NCBI GenBank assembly: GCA_041690135.1
Contig: JAWLHY010000001.1
Coordinates: 736,001-800,000, forward strand
DNA: 64,000 nucleotides
Direction of reading: 5' to 3'
From: Armatimonadota bacterium
Lineage (GTDB): Bacteria; Armatimonadota; SYMT01
Below, in pieces: positions 27,251 through 36,177 of the stretch. Each line of letters opens with the position of its first letter. The stretch's first letter is position 1. The position numbers and the translations under genes are program-made. Below the pieces are notes generated by a model. That model saw nothing but the letters and a program-made list of their open reading frames with translations, was not told the origin of the DNA and did not search any database.

Positions 27251-30200
27251 CTATTTCGCTTTGGTGACGGGCTTTCCCAGGCTGGGGTTATCCACGGCGC
27301 CGGTGAGCACGAAACCGGCCCAATAGTACGGGTGGACCCAGCCCGCGCGCTTTTGGACCCGGACCATGGCCCGCCGTAGGGCTTCGTCTTTATCGAGGCC
27401 TTCGCGGATCCCGACGTGGAACTGCGTCATCAACTCCCGGGTGCTGTCATCGCGAACTTTCCACTGGCTAGCCAGGACGCTGCGTGCGCCGGCAACATGA
27501 AGCGCGCGGGTGAGACCCAGAAGGCCTTCGCCACGCTGGAGCTTTCCCTTACCCGTTTCGCACGCCGCCAGCACCACCAACTCCGCCTTCAACTTGAGCT
27601 GCGACAGGATCTCCCACGCCTGGAGGGCTCCATCGTTGCGCGGGTCTTCCTGCGTCTCCTGCTGCCTCTGCAGGGTGCCGCTTGCCGGAGCCGGCTCGGT
27701 CAGCAGCACCCCCGAGGCCATCGCCCACTGTGGATTGAGATAGCCGTGGGTCGCCAGGTGGATAACGTCCGCCCGGGGCATCCGCTCACGGACCGCCTTC
27801 TCGGTAGCGTTCTCTCCCAGGAGCGGAGCCGCGCCGTAAAGGCGCGCGACGGCCAGGGCATCTTCACGGGTGCCGGGTAATGCAGCGGGAGGCTTCCCGT
27901 CCGTGAATAAGAAGGCTCGCTCTGCTGCTTCGCTTCGTGTCGTGGCCAGGCGCTGACCCGCTCGATCGAAAACCGGGTCGCCCACGGCCAGGGCCACCGG
28001 CTGGGCGCCGGGTACCCTCTGCGGCTTACGGGTGCGGGCGCGATCCCAGAGGCCGAGAGACGGGGTGAGCGAGATCGGCTTGAGGAGCCCGACATAGCTG
28101 GGAGCACCGGTGGCCGAGGGAAACGGAAGCGCCGCGAACGGCAAATCCCAGAGCGGACCGTCCGGCGAGAGAATCAGACGACGGCAGGAAAGGACCCGAT
28201 CCCGCACCGGCGGAGGAAAGAGCAGGTCGGCCAGGGCTTTGCCGAGGGGGACCGCCTCCCCGCTTCCCGCCGAAACCCGGTCGACAAAGCGGGACACCCG
28301 GTCCGCGATCTCACCTTCCCCATGAGGAATACGAAAACACTCGACCCGGACTGCTTCGGGTTTGCGCGGCGAGGCAGCCGGGGCCTTTTCTCCTTTGGGA
28401 GTACTGCCCGACGCCTGCGCCACAAACACCAGCATGCCGTCCTGCACCCCCTGGAAGGCGACAAACAACTCTCCTTCCCGCAGGCCGGCCAGGGCAGCGC
28501 GTACTGCCGCCTCGTCGACGGTACGCCTGGGACCCGATCCGGCACCGGCCACAATTTCATCCCAGGTCCTCTTGACCGCCTCGCGCGCGAGAATCTGGGC
28601 GTCGCGAGCCCCGTGGAAGCGGGCTCGCGCTTCTATTGCCTTCTCGTCCTGCCGGATGTCGCCCGGCTTGCTATCGGGAGACCGGCGGCCTGCCTCGGCT
28701 TCGGCACGCGCCAGGTCGTGGGAGCGGGCCGCAAGTTCCGCCTCCGCCGCTTCGCGCGCGGCCGTGGCCCGGGCCAGTCGCTCGCGCTGGTCAGGTGACA
28801 CCGTGGATTCGGCATACCTGCGGTCGAAGAGTAGTGTTTCGAGAGCCCGGCCGCTGGCCTGTTCACGGGCGATCAGCGCCTCCAGCGGCCGACCGAGCTG
28901 CACGCGGGCTCCAATCAGAGCCGCGACGATCCAGTGATAGTCGCCCGCGATGCGAGACAGCACCTCTGGGTCCGAAACCTCCGCGAACTCCTGCAGCGTC
29001 GTTCGCCAGGCGCGCGTCAGCAGGGGTTCCGCTTCCGCCACCCGTTCCTGGCGCAGTAGGACACTCCCAAGATTGGCATAAGCCGTCGCGGCGCGCGTTT
29101 CACTTGGCTCGTAACGCTCACTCAACGTGAGCACCGTACGGGCGCGCTTCTCGGCCTGTACCAGGTCCCCGCGATGGGAAGCCAGGATTCCCAGCGCCTC
29201 CTCTACCATCAACCGGGCCGCCGGTTGATCCGAGAAATGCTCGAGCATCTGCTCCGCCTCGCGGAACACCTCTTCGGCCTCATCGAGGCGGCTCATCCGT
29301 TCCAGGGTCCAGCCTTCTTGCACCAGCGCCATGAAGTGTTCTCGACTTCCGGGCATGCTACGGCGGAATACCTCGCGGGCCTGCCGGAACCGCTGTCCTG
29401 CCAATTGCATCTCATTCTCGCGGAAGGCCCAGAGCCCTAGCGCACCGAGGATACGACCGAACTCCGCCGAGTCCGGCGCCGCCTGCCTCGCGATAGACGC
29501 GGCGCGCTCCAGGTAGACCCGTGCTTCATCGGGATTGCCGGTGTTGAGATCCACGGAAGCGAGTTCGAGCAGCGAAATGCTGACTTCGAGGGGGTCGGCA
29601 TGGGCCTGCTCCAGGAGAGCCAGCATCCGGCGGAACTCCCGGCGCGCTTCACTCACCTCTCCCAGGCGAACCAGTATCCCGGCGAACCGGCGGCGTGCCC
29701 GAGCTTCCTTCACGCTTCCGGGGTGGAGGGCCGCCACCACCTCTAACTGGCGCCGGCACTGCTCTCGAGCCAGAGCCGGCTGTGAGAGCGCCAGGTAGAC
29801 GTCGCAAAGGACGTTGAGGCAGTCGGCCAGGAGGTCGGCGTTCCGTCTCTCGTCGTTCTCTAGGATCGCGAGCGCGTGGTTCAACCGGCCCCGTGCCGCT
29901 TCCGGCTCCTTCTGAGCCAGTTGCGCCCGTGCGAGCATGAGCAGGGCGGCGGCATGCCCTTGGGAGTTTGGAGTTGCGTGCTCGTAAGTACGGACCGAAC
30001 GTGCGGCCAACAAACGGGCCAGGGGAATGTTGCCCCGGCCCAGCTCCAGTAGCGCCAGGTTCAGCAGACTGGAGGCCACAGCGGGGCTATCCCGGTCGAC
30101 TCGCTCCCGGAGAAAAAGTGCCTCCCGGTGGGAGCGCTCGCCGGCCTCCCGCTGGCCCAGGCGTAGGAACAGGTTCCCCACCAACTCAAGATGATCGGAA

Positions 30201-30817
30201 ATCGTCCCTGAATGCGGCTCCAACCACCGCCGCAGCCGCAGCGAGGCTTCGAACAGGGTGAGTGCCGACCGGTTGTCTCCCCGCCGGTCGAAGGCCGCGC
30301 CCCCTTCCGTCAGCCGCTGCGCAGCTTCTTCCGGTTTGCGGGTTTCCCGCTCCGAGAGTAGTACCGCCCGTTGAAGATGCGCCGTGATGGCTGCCGGATC
30401 GCGGAGGAGAAATGCCTGGTGGATCAGGGACTGAATCTGGCTCGGACCCTCACCTGCCTCCGCATACAGTCGCTCCGCTTCCTTCCAGGCTGCGGTGGCC
30501 TCGTCTACCCGGCGCAACTGCTCGAGAATACCGGCGCGGCGCCCCTGTGCGGAAGCCTCGGCCGCCGGATCTTTCCGCACGCGGGCGCTGGACAGGGCTG
30601 CCTCGGCACGCGCGAGCGCTTCCGGCAATTGTCCGGCGTTCCGGAGCAACTCCGCCGCTTCCAGGTCGGGGTCTGCCGAGGCGGTGGCGGATAACTCGCC
30701 GCAAGCGGTCGCGTCATTTCGAGGCGAACCTTTGGCTGGGGACAGGCAGGCCAACCAGAAGCAGAAAAGGAGAAGGAATGCCGACCAGCCGTTCCTGCCG
30801 GGAGAAAAATACTGCAT
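27251..30817 (-). CDS. TPR-CHAT domain protein (caspase-like cysteine protease), probable signal peptide
   Basis: Many TPRs; SPDGPLWDLPFAAL, HLATHG, LVVLAACETG, LASQWKVRD and HPYYWAGF motifs. Hydrophobic N-terminal stretch. Start uncertain. Confidence 0.9.
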   Translation of the reverse strand: MQYFSPGRNGWSAFLLLFCFWLACLSPAKGSPRNDATACGELSATASADPDLEAAELLRNAGQLPEALARAEAALSSARVRKDPAAEASAQGRRAGILEQLRRVDEATAAWKEAERLYAEAGEGPSQIQSLIHQAFLLRDPAAITAHLQRAVLLSERETRKPEEAAQRLTEGGAAFDRRGDNRSALTLFEASLRLRRWLEPHSGTISDHLELVGNLFLRLGQREAGERSHREALFLRERVDRDSPAVASSLLNLALLELGRGNIPLARLLAARSVRTYEHATPNSQGHAAALLMLARAQLAQKEPEAARGRLNHALAILENDERRNADLLADCLNVLCDVYLALSQPALAREQCRRQLEVVAALHPGSVKEARARRRFAGILVRLGEVSEARREFRRMLALLEQAHADPLEVSISLLELASVDLNTGNPDEARVYLERAASIARQAAPDSAEFGRILGALGLWAFRENEMQLAGQRFRQAREVFRRSMPGSREHFMALVQEGWTLERMSRLDEAEEVFREAEQMLEHFSDQPAARLMVEEALGILASHRGDLVQAEKRARTVLTLSERYEPSETRAATAYANLGSVLLRQERVAEAEPLLTRAWRTTLQEFAEVSDPEVLSRIAGDYHWIVAALIGARVQLGRPLEALIAREQASGRALETLLFDRRYAESTVSPDQRERLARATAAREAAEAELAARSHDLARAEAEAGRRSPDSKPGDIRQDEKAIEARARFHGARDAQILAREAVKRTWDEIVAGAGSGPRRTVDEAAVRAALAGLREGELFVAFQGVQDGMLVFVAQASGSTPKGEKAPAASPRKPEAVRVECFRIPHGEGEIADRVSRFVDRVSAGSGEAVPLGKALADLLFPPPVRDRVLSCRRLILSPDGPLWDLPFAALPFPSATGAPSYVGLLKPISLTPSLGLWDRARTRKPQRVPGAQPVALAVGDPVFDRAGQRLATTRSEAAERAFLFTDGKPPAALPGTREDALAVARLYGAAPLLGENATEKAVRERMPRADVIHLATHGYLNPQWAMASGVLLTEPAPASGTLQRQQETQEDPRNDGALQAWEILSQLKLKAELVVLAACETGKGKLQRGEGLLGLTRALHVAGARSVLASQWKVRDDSTRELMTQFHVGIREGLDKDEALRRAMVRVQKRAGWVHPYYWAGFVLTGAVDNPSLGKPVTKAK

Positions 30818-31034
30818 AGAGCTCGTGGATTGAAGCGCCGGTACGTCGAGACGCTCCACTACTCTAAGACCCAACCGAGGAAGCGGATGTTGCACTCAAG
30901 GGCCCAAGGGCGTGAAGCGACCAGGCTGCTTGCCAGCCGGATCATCCGAATGGACGAAACCGGCCTCATCCTACTGATGGCAGATGCCCGGAAGTTTCTT
31001 TACCCCATGCTGTGTCTTCGCGACCAGTTCGCCT

Positions 31035-31787
31035 TCAGGCAGGACGGAACACAGCGGAATGGATCGGCCGGGTTCGCACCAGGTGCGACACCGACGGCGG
31101 GCCGGGGGGTGCGGTCTGCTCCGTGGCTTCGATCGGACGCCGGCTGCCGCCTACTTCCAGTACCAATTTGACCAACGCGACACGAGTGCGTGGTTCCAGA
31201 TGCAATTTATCCATCACCCGCGCCAGGGCGTGGCGTACCGCAGCATCCGTGATCTTCTCACCGGTCTCCCGGGTCAGGGACTGCGCGATCTGCCCCACCG
31301 TCATCTCGCTGCACACCACCGAATCCAACACCTGTGCTTCGCGCGGGGTGAGGCCAATACGCGCGGCCACCCAGGCGACGGCGGCCTGGTGCTCGGGGGT
31401 GGCGCTTACCTCCGAAGTCTGCAAGCCGTGGAGGCGGCGGATCGTTTGCAGGATCTCCGTAACGCCGCTGCGATGGGTGTGCAGGCAGGTATGGCCCCCG
31501 GCCAACTCCACCAGGCTTTCCGTACCGTCCACCGAGGTGAGCAGGATGGAGCGAACCTGGGGATTCCAGGCGGAGATCCGCTCCGCCACCTGGATCCCGT
31601 TCAGGCCCGGCATCAGCAGGCGAGCGACCAGCACGTCCGGCTCGGACGCGCGCGCCTGTTGCACGGCTTCTTCCCCATCCGAGGCTTCCGCGACCACCTG
31701 GATATCCGTTTCGCTTTGCAGCGTTTGAACCAGTAACTCCCGCAGAAGCACTTCGGGATCGGCCACCAGGACGCGGATCTTCTTCAT
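31035..31787 (-). CDS. NarL/LuxR-like regulator with degenerate (pseudo) receiver domain
   Basis: IRVLVADPE, PDVLVARLLMPGLNG (phosphoacceptor Asp absent), LTPREAQVL HTH. Confidence 0.8.
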   Translation of the reverse strand: MKKIRVLVADPEVLLRELLVQTLQSETDIQVVAEASDGEEAVQQARASEPDVLVARLLMPGLNGIQVAERISAWNPQVRSILLTSVDGTESLVELAGGHTCLHTHRSGVTEILQTIRRLHGLQTSEVSATPEHQAAVAWVAARIGLTPREAQVLDSVVCSEMTVGQIAQSLTRETGEKITDAAVRHALARVMDKLHLEPRTRVALVKLVLEVGGSRRPIEATEQTAPPGPPSVSHLVRTRPIHSAVFRPA

Positions 31788-31904
31788 TCCGGAACCCTTC
31801 TTCACGGCTGTCTTACGGGACGGTTGACCCGGATCGCTGCTCCGGCTTTCCAACTCCCAACTGCAGACGTTGCCCGAGGAGAAGGCATATTGGTAAACGC
31901 GTAA

Positions 31905-33086
31905 TCAGCCGCCTTTCCCGATTCCAGGTCCCTCCCGCACCCAGAGGTGCAGGGTCTCTCGCTCCCCTTCCCGCACCAACCAGTCCGGCAGCGCCGCCAG
32001 GCGCCGGAAGCCGCTTTCCGCGAACACGGCCGCGCGAGGACCCGCAGGCGCCGTGAGCATGGTGTAGACCGGCGCGTCCGGGAACTCCAGGGAGGCCAGG
32101 AGCGCCGGGAGCTGTGTGTGGAACGCGGGATGAGTCCGCACGTCGGCGAGCCATGCGTCCCGGAACCAGCGAGGGTCCGGCGCGAGGAACGCCCACCCGA
32201 CCACGATTCCGTCCTGCGTGACGAGCGCCCGCGCCTGGATGGCCGGCTCCCGCCGCCTCCGCAATTGGAGCTCGAGGAACGGCCCTTCCGCGCTGCTCTG
32301 GGTCTTGATGCCGAAAGTGGGGCTGCGGGGCAACTCTTCACCGGGATGGAGGGGTTGCAGGATCAGGAGGTCGATCTGGCCCCAGTCTTCCCAGCGGAGC
32401 GGACGGATCGACGCGGGGCGTTCCCGGTACAGCCGCGCTTCCGTGTCCGTCTCCCGGAGCCAGGTCATACAACCGTTGCCCGGCCCCACCCCCCGGAACC
32501 CGAAGGAGTGATAGATCCAGTACGGCGGCGTGTCGTAACCGGTTCCAAGACACAGCGCCTCGTAACCAACCTGGCGCGAGTGCTCCATCTGGTGGCGCAT
32601 CAGCAATGCGCAGGCGCCCTTCCGGCGCTCCTCCGGCAGGGTGAACACATGGCCCAGGATAGCGACCCGACCGTCCCCTACCGTCATCATCTCCGTGATG
32701 ACCTTGCCTTCCACCAGGCCCAGGTAGAACCGGGTCTGCAGCGCGTCGAGCGGCCCTTCCAGGGCCTCCCGGATGTGCCGGCAGTACTCCGGCGGCTTAT
32801 GGCCCAGGAATGGCACCACGCGCGGCAGCCACTCCGCGTCGGGAGTCTCCACCACCCCAATTTCCATCTCTTCGCCGGACTTCAATCGTTCCTGTCCCAA
32901 AACGGTAACCATGCGTCTCACCCCAACGGCATCGCAGCTTGCCTCATCCTGGACCGAGATCCCCCAGCCTCGCATCGTATGTAGAAGATCCTCACGGCCG
33001 CGTCCTGCCATAATTGAAGGAAGGTGCCTGTCCGAGGCCATCCCCAATCGAGGATGAGAGGCGAATAGGCTATAATGGAACCTCAA
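31905..33086 (-). CDS. GNAT-family acetyltransferase (true start probably downstream of 33086)
   Basis: GHVFTLPEERRKGAC acetyl-CoA motif and IYHSFGF; a second degenerate GNAT-like half. Confidence 0.7.
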   Translation of the reverse strand: MRFHYSLFASHPRLGMASDRHLPSIMAGRGREDLLHTMRGWGISVQDEASCDAVGVRRMVTVLGQERLKSGEEMEIGVVETPDAEWLPRVVPFLGHKPPEYCRHIREALEGPLDALQTRFYLGLVEGKVITEMMTVGDGRVAILGHVFTLPEERRKGACALLMRHQMEHSRQVGYEALCLGTGYDTPPYWIYHSFGFRGVGPGNGCMTWLRETDTEARLYRERPASIRPLRWEDWGQIDLLILQPLHPGEELPRSPTFGIKTQSSAEGPFLELQLRRRREPAIQARALVTQDGIVVGWAFLAPDPRWFRDAWLADVRTHPAFHTQLPALLASLEFPDAPVYTMLTAPAGPRAAVFAESGFRRLAALPDWLVREGERETLHLWVREGPGIGKGG

Positions 33087-33135
33087 ACGGGGGAGCGATT
33101 GAACCGGTTGAAGAAAGAGAATTCCTGAGCGCCCG

Positions 33136-34413
33136 ATGCCCGAATGCTCCGACGGCTCCGCCGATAGTATCTTCCAGATCGCCGATGCCCGGAGACACGG
33201 GGCGCATCTCTGCTACTTCGACACGGCGGCGGGCCGGGGAGTCTCGCAAGTCTTTGCGGACCCGGAGGCGGTGTTCGCGAGCAAGGACGCACGGGGGACG
33301 CTAAGGTGGCGCTCGAGGCGCACCCTTCCGGCGGACGGCGACCCCTTCCGGGTGCTGGACGAGATTCTGGCGCAATACCCGGACCTGATCGCGGCCGGCT
33401 ACTGGTCTTACGACCTCCGCTATTCCATTGAGAAGCTTCCCCGGTCCGCGGTGGACGACCTGCTGCTCCCGGACTGCTGGGTGGGGCTTTATCCGCGGGA
33501 GACGGTGGCCGCGCGGGACGCTCGGACCTCGCCGGGCGCACCTCCCACAGCGGTCGTCACCGAGGGCGGACCTTCCCCCGCGCTCGGCGGCAACCTCGCC
33601 GATTCGATGACTCGCGAGGAGTACCTGGCCGCCGTCCGGCGCGTGCTGGAGTACATCGCCGCCGGCGATTGCTACCAGGTCAACCTCTCGCACCGGTTTG
33701 GCGCGCCCTTCACGGGAGAGGCATGGGACCTCTACCGCCGGCTACGCGCGGTGAGCCCGGCGCCGTACGCTGCCTACCTCGACTGCGGCGACCACCAGGT
33801 GCTCTCCTCATCGCCCGAGTTGTTCCTGCGCATCCGGGAGGGCCAGGTGGAGACCCGGCCCATCAAGGGCACCCGCCGCCGGGGAAGCACCCCGGAGGAA
33901 GATGCCCGCCTGGCTGCCGAACTGCTTTCCAGCGACAAAGATCGCGCCGAGTTGCTGATGATCGTGGACCTGGAGCGAAACGACCTCGGACGGGTCTGCG
34001 AGTACGGAAGCGTCCATGTGCCGGACCTGTTCCGCCTGGAGAGCTATGCCAACGTCCATCACCTGGTGGCTACCGTCCGCGGTCGGCTGCGATCGGAGGT
34101 GACGCCGCTCCAGTGCCTGCGGGCCGCCTTCCCCGGAGGCTCCATTACGGGCGCGCCGAAGATCCGCGCGTTGGAGATCATCGAGGAACTGGAGCCGGTG
34201 CGGCGTGGCGTCTACACGGGCGCCATCGGCTGGGTGGACGGTCGTGGGAACGCGGAGTGGAACATCGCGATCCGTACGATGGTTGTCAAGGCCGGCCGCG
34301 TCTATTTCCACGCCGGCGGCGGGATCGTTGCCGACTCGGACCCTCCCGCCGAATACGAAGAGACCCTCACGAAAGCCCGCGGCATGCTCCGGGCCCTCTG
34401 CACGCCTTCATGA
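33136..34413 (+). CDS. pabB: Aminodeoxychorismate synthase component I
   Basis: GDCYQVNL, SSSPELFL, TRPIKGT, ELLMIVDLERNDLG, FPGGSITGAPK and NIAIRT motifs. Confidence 0.92.
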   Translation: MPECSDGSADSIFQIADARRHGAHLCYFDTAAGRGVSQVFADPEAVFASKDARGTLRWRSRRTLPADGDPFRVLDEILAQYPDLIAAGYWSYDLRYSIEKLPRSAVDDLLLPDCWVGLYPRETVAARDARTSPGAPPTAVVTEGGPSPALGGNLADSMTREEYLAAVRRVLEYIAAGDCYQVNLSHRFGAPFTGEAWDLYRRLRAVSPAPYAAYLDCGDHQVLSSSPELFLRIREGQVETRPIKGTRRRGSTPEEDARLAAELLSSDKDRAELLMIVDLERNDLGRVCEYGSVHVPDLFRLESYANVHHLVATVRGRLRSEVTPLQCLRAAFPGGSITGAPKIRALEIIEELEPVRRGVYTGAIGWVDGRGNAEWNIAIRTMVVKAGRVYFHAGGGIVADSDPPAEYEETLTKARGMLRALCTPS

Positions 34414-35333
34414 GCCAGCCTTCCATCGTCATCCACCACCAGGACTGCATCCCCGGAATGCGGGAGCACCTGGAACCCGGCGCCATCGACGTCGTGGTCA
34501 CGTCACCCCCTTACAACCTGGGCATCGACTACAGCACGCACGACGATACCGCTCCCCGCGAGGAGTACCTGGAGTGGTGCGATACGTGGGCCCAGGAGGT
34601 CAAGCGGGCCCTTAGCCCGCAGGGATCGTTCTTCCTGAACGTCGGCGGCAAACCCACGGACCCCTACGTGCCGTTCGACGTGCTGGGAGTGATGCGGCGA
34701 CACTTCCGGCTCCAGAACGTGATCCACTGGGTCAAGTCGATCGCCATCATGCAGGAAGAAGTGGGTAACTATCCCGGCCTTTCGGCGGATCTCGTGGTGG
34801 GACATTACAAGCCGATCAACAGCCCGCGCTTCATCAACGACTGTCACGAGTACATCTTCCACCTGACGCACGACGGCAAGACGCCGCTCGACCGCCTCAG
34901 CGTGGGGGTACCTTACCGTGACAAGTCCAACGTCACCCGTTGGAAGGGGGCGGGAAAGGACGTACACTGCCGGGGGAACACCTGGTTCCTCCCCTATCCC
35001 ACCATTCTCCGTCGAGACCGCGACCGGCCCCACCCGGCAACCTTCCCGCCTTCCCTACCCGAGCGCTGCCTCCGCCTCCACGGAACCGAGCGGGTGCGTC
35101 GGGTCCTCGACCCCTTCATGGGTCTCGGCAGCACGGCCGTGGCCTGTGCGAACCTGGGGATCGATTGTGTCGGCTTCGAGATCGATCCCTACTACCGGGA
35201 GGAAGCCCTGAACCGGATCCGCGGCGTGCTCGACCCACCCCTCGCCGGGAAGAACGGAAAGCACCCCGCGGCTCCCCATGGTTCAGCCCAGCAAACGGAC
35301 GGTTCCGATGAGTATCCGCTTCCTCAACCTTAA
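34410..35333 (+). CDS. Site-specific DNA methyltransferase, beta class (N4C/N6A)
   Basis: VVTSPPY (motif IV) precedes HPATFP and VLDPFMGLGST (motif I). ATGA overlap with the pabB stop. Confidence 0.9.
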   Translation: MSQPSIVIHHQDCIPGMREHLEPGAIDVVVTSPPYNLGIDYSTHDDTAPREEYLEWCDTWAQEVKRALSPQGSFFLNVGGKPTDPYVPFDVLGVMRRHFRLQNVIHWVKSIAIMQEEVGNYPGLSADLVVGHYKPINSPRFINDCHEYIFHLTHDGKTPLDRLSVGVPYRDKSNVTRWKGAGKDVHCRGNTWFLPYPTILRRDRDRPHPATFPPSLPERCLRLHGTERVRRVLDPFMGLGSTAVACANLGIDCVGFEIDPYYREEALNRIRGVLDPPLAGKNGKHPAAPHGSAQQTDGSDEYPLPQP

Positions 35334-36162
35334 CGGGTCGCTGGTAGAACCGGCGCGGGCGACGGTATCCGTACTCGACCACGGCGTGCTCTACGGCGAT
35401 GGGGTTTTCGAAACGCTGCGGGTCCGCAACGGCCGGATCTTCCGGGTCGAGGCACACCTGGAGCGGCTGGAGGACGGGTGCCGGAGATTGAGCCTCGCGC
35501 TCCCCTGGCCCCGCGAAGACCTGCGAACGGCACTACAGGAGACCGTGGCGGCGAACGCCATGCAGGACGGCGCGCTGCGGCTAACGGTGACACGGGGGGA
35601 AGGTCCTCCGCTCCCCGACCCGACCCTTTGCCCGCAGCCCACCTTCTTCGTCACCGCACGTCCGGCTCCATCCGTCTCCGGCACGCCGCCGAACTGGAAG
35701 CTGCGGGTCACCGGCACCCACCCCTGCACGTTCGTTCCCGGAATCAAGTCCCTGAGCTACCTCCCCTTCCAGCAGGCACGCGCCGACGCACGCGCCGCCG
35801 GTGACGATGAGGCGCTGCTCACGCGCGAGGGACGGGTCATCGAAGCCGGCACGAGTAACCTGTTCCTCGTGCTGAATGATCGCCTGATAACACCCGACCT
35901 CACCAGTGGGTGCCTCGCGGGCACCACTCGAGCGCTCGTGCTGGAGCTGGCCGCCTCGCTGGCCATCGAGACCGAGGAGCGCCCGGTCCATCGGGATGAA
36001 CTGGGGGCGGCGGGCGAGGTGTTCTGCACCAACAGCCTGATGGGAATCGTTCCCGTAGAAGCGGTAGACGGTCAGCGTCCGTCCCAGGGAACGCCCGGAC
36101 CGCTCACCCAGGCCCTCCGCGCGGCCTATGCGACGGTGCTTCGCCGCGAAACCGGAGCTTGA
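35308..36162 (+). CDS. pabC: Class IV aminotransferase / 4-amino-4-deoxychorismate lyase
   Basis: DHGVLYGDGVFETL, HLERL, IKSLSY, EAGTSNLF and LAGTTR motifs. pabC assignment rests on context. Confidence 0.75.
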   Translation: MSIRFLNLNGSLVEPARATVSVLDHGVLYGDGVFETLRVRNGRIFRVEAHLERLEDGCRRLSLALPWPREDLRTALQETVAANAMQDGALRLTVTRGEGPPLPDPTLCPQPTFFVTARPAPSVSGTPPNWKLRVTGTHPCTFVPGIKSLSYLPFQQARADARAAGDDEALLTREGRVIEAGTSNLFLVLNDRLITPDLTSGCLAGTTRALVLELAASLAIETEERPVHRDELGAAGEVFCTNSLMGIVPVEAVDGQRPSQGTPGPLTQALRAAYATVLRRETGA

Positions 36163-36177
36163 GAAAAGGGCCCTTCC

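Noticed and set aside
33669-34409. Long N-terminal extension of the methyltransferase ORF (554 aa)
   Set aside because: It is an off-frame overlap with pabB; the ATG at 34410 gives a normal MTase.
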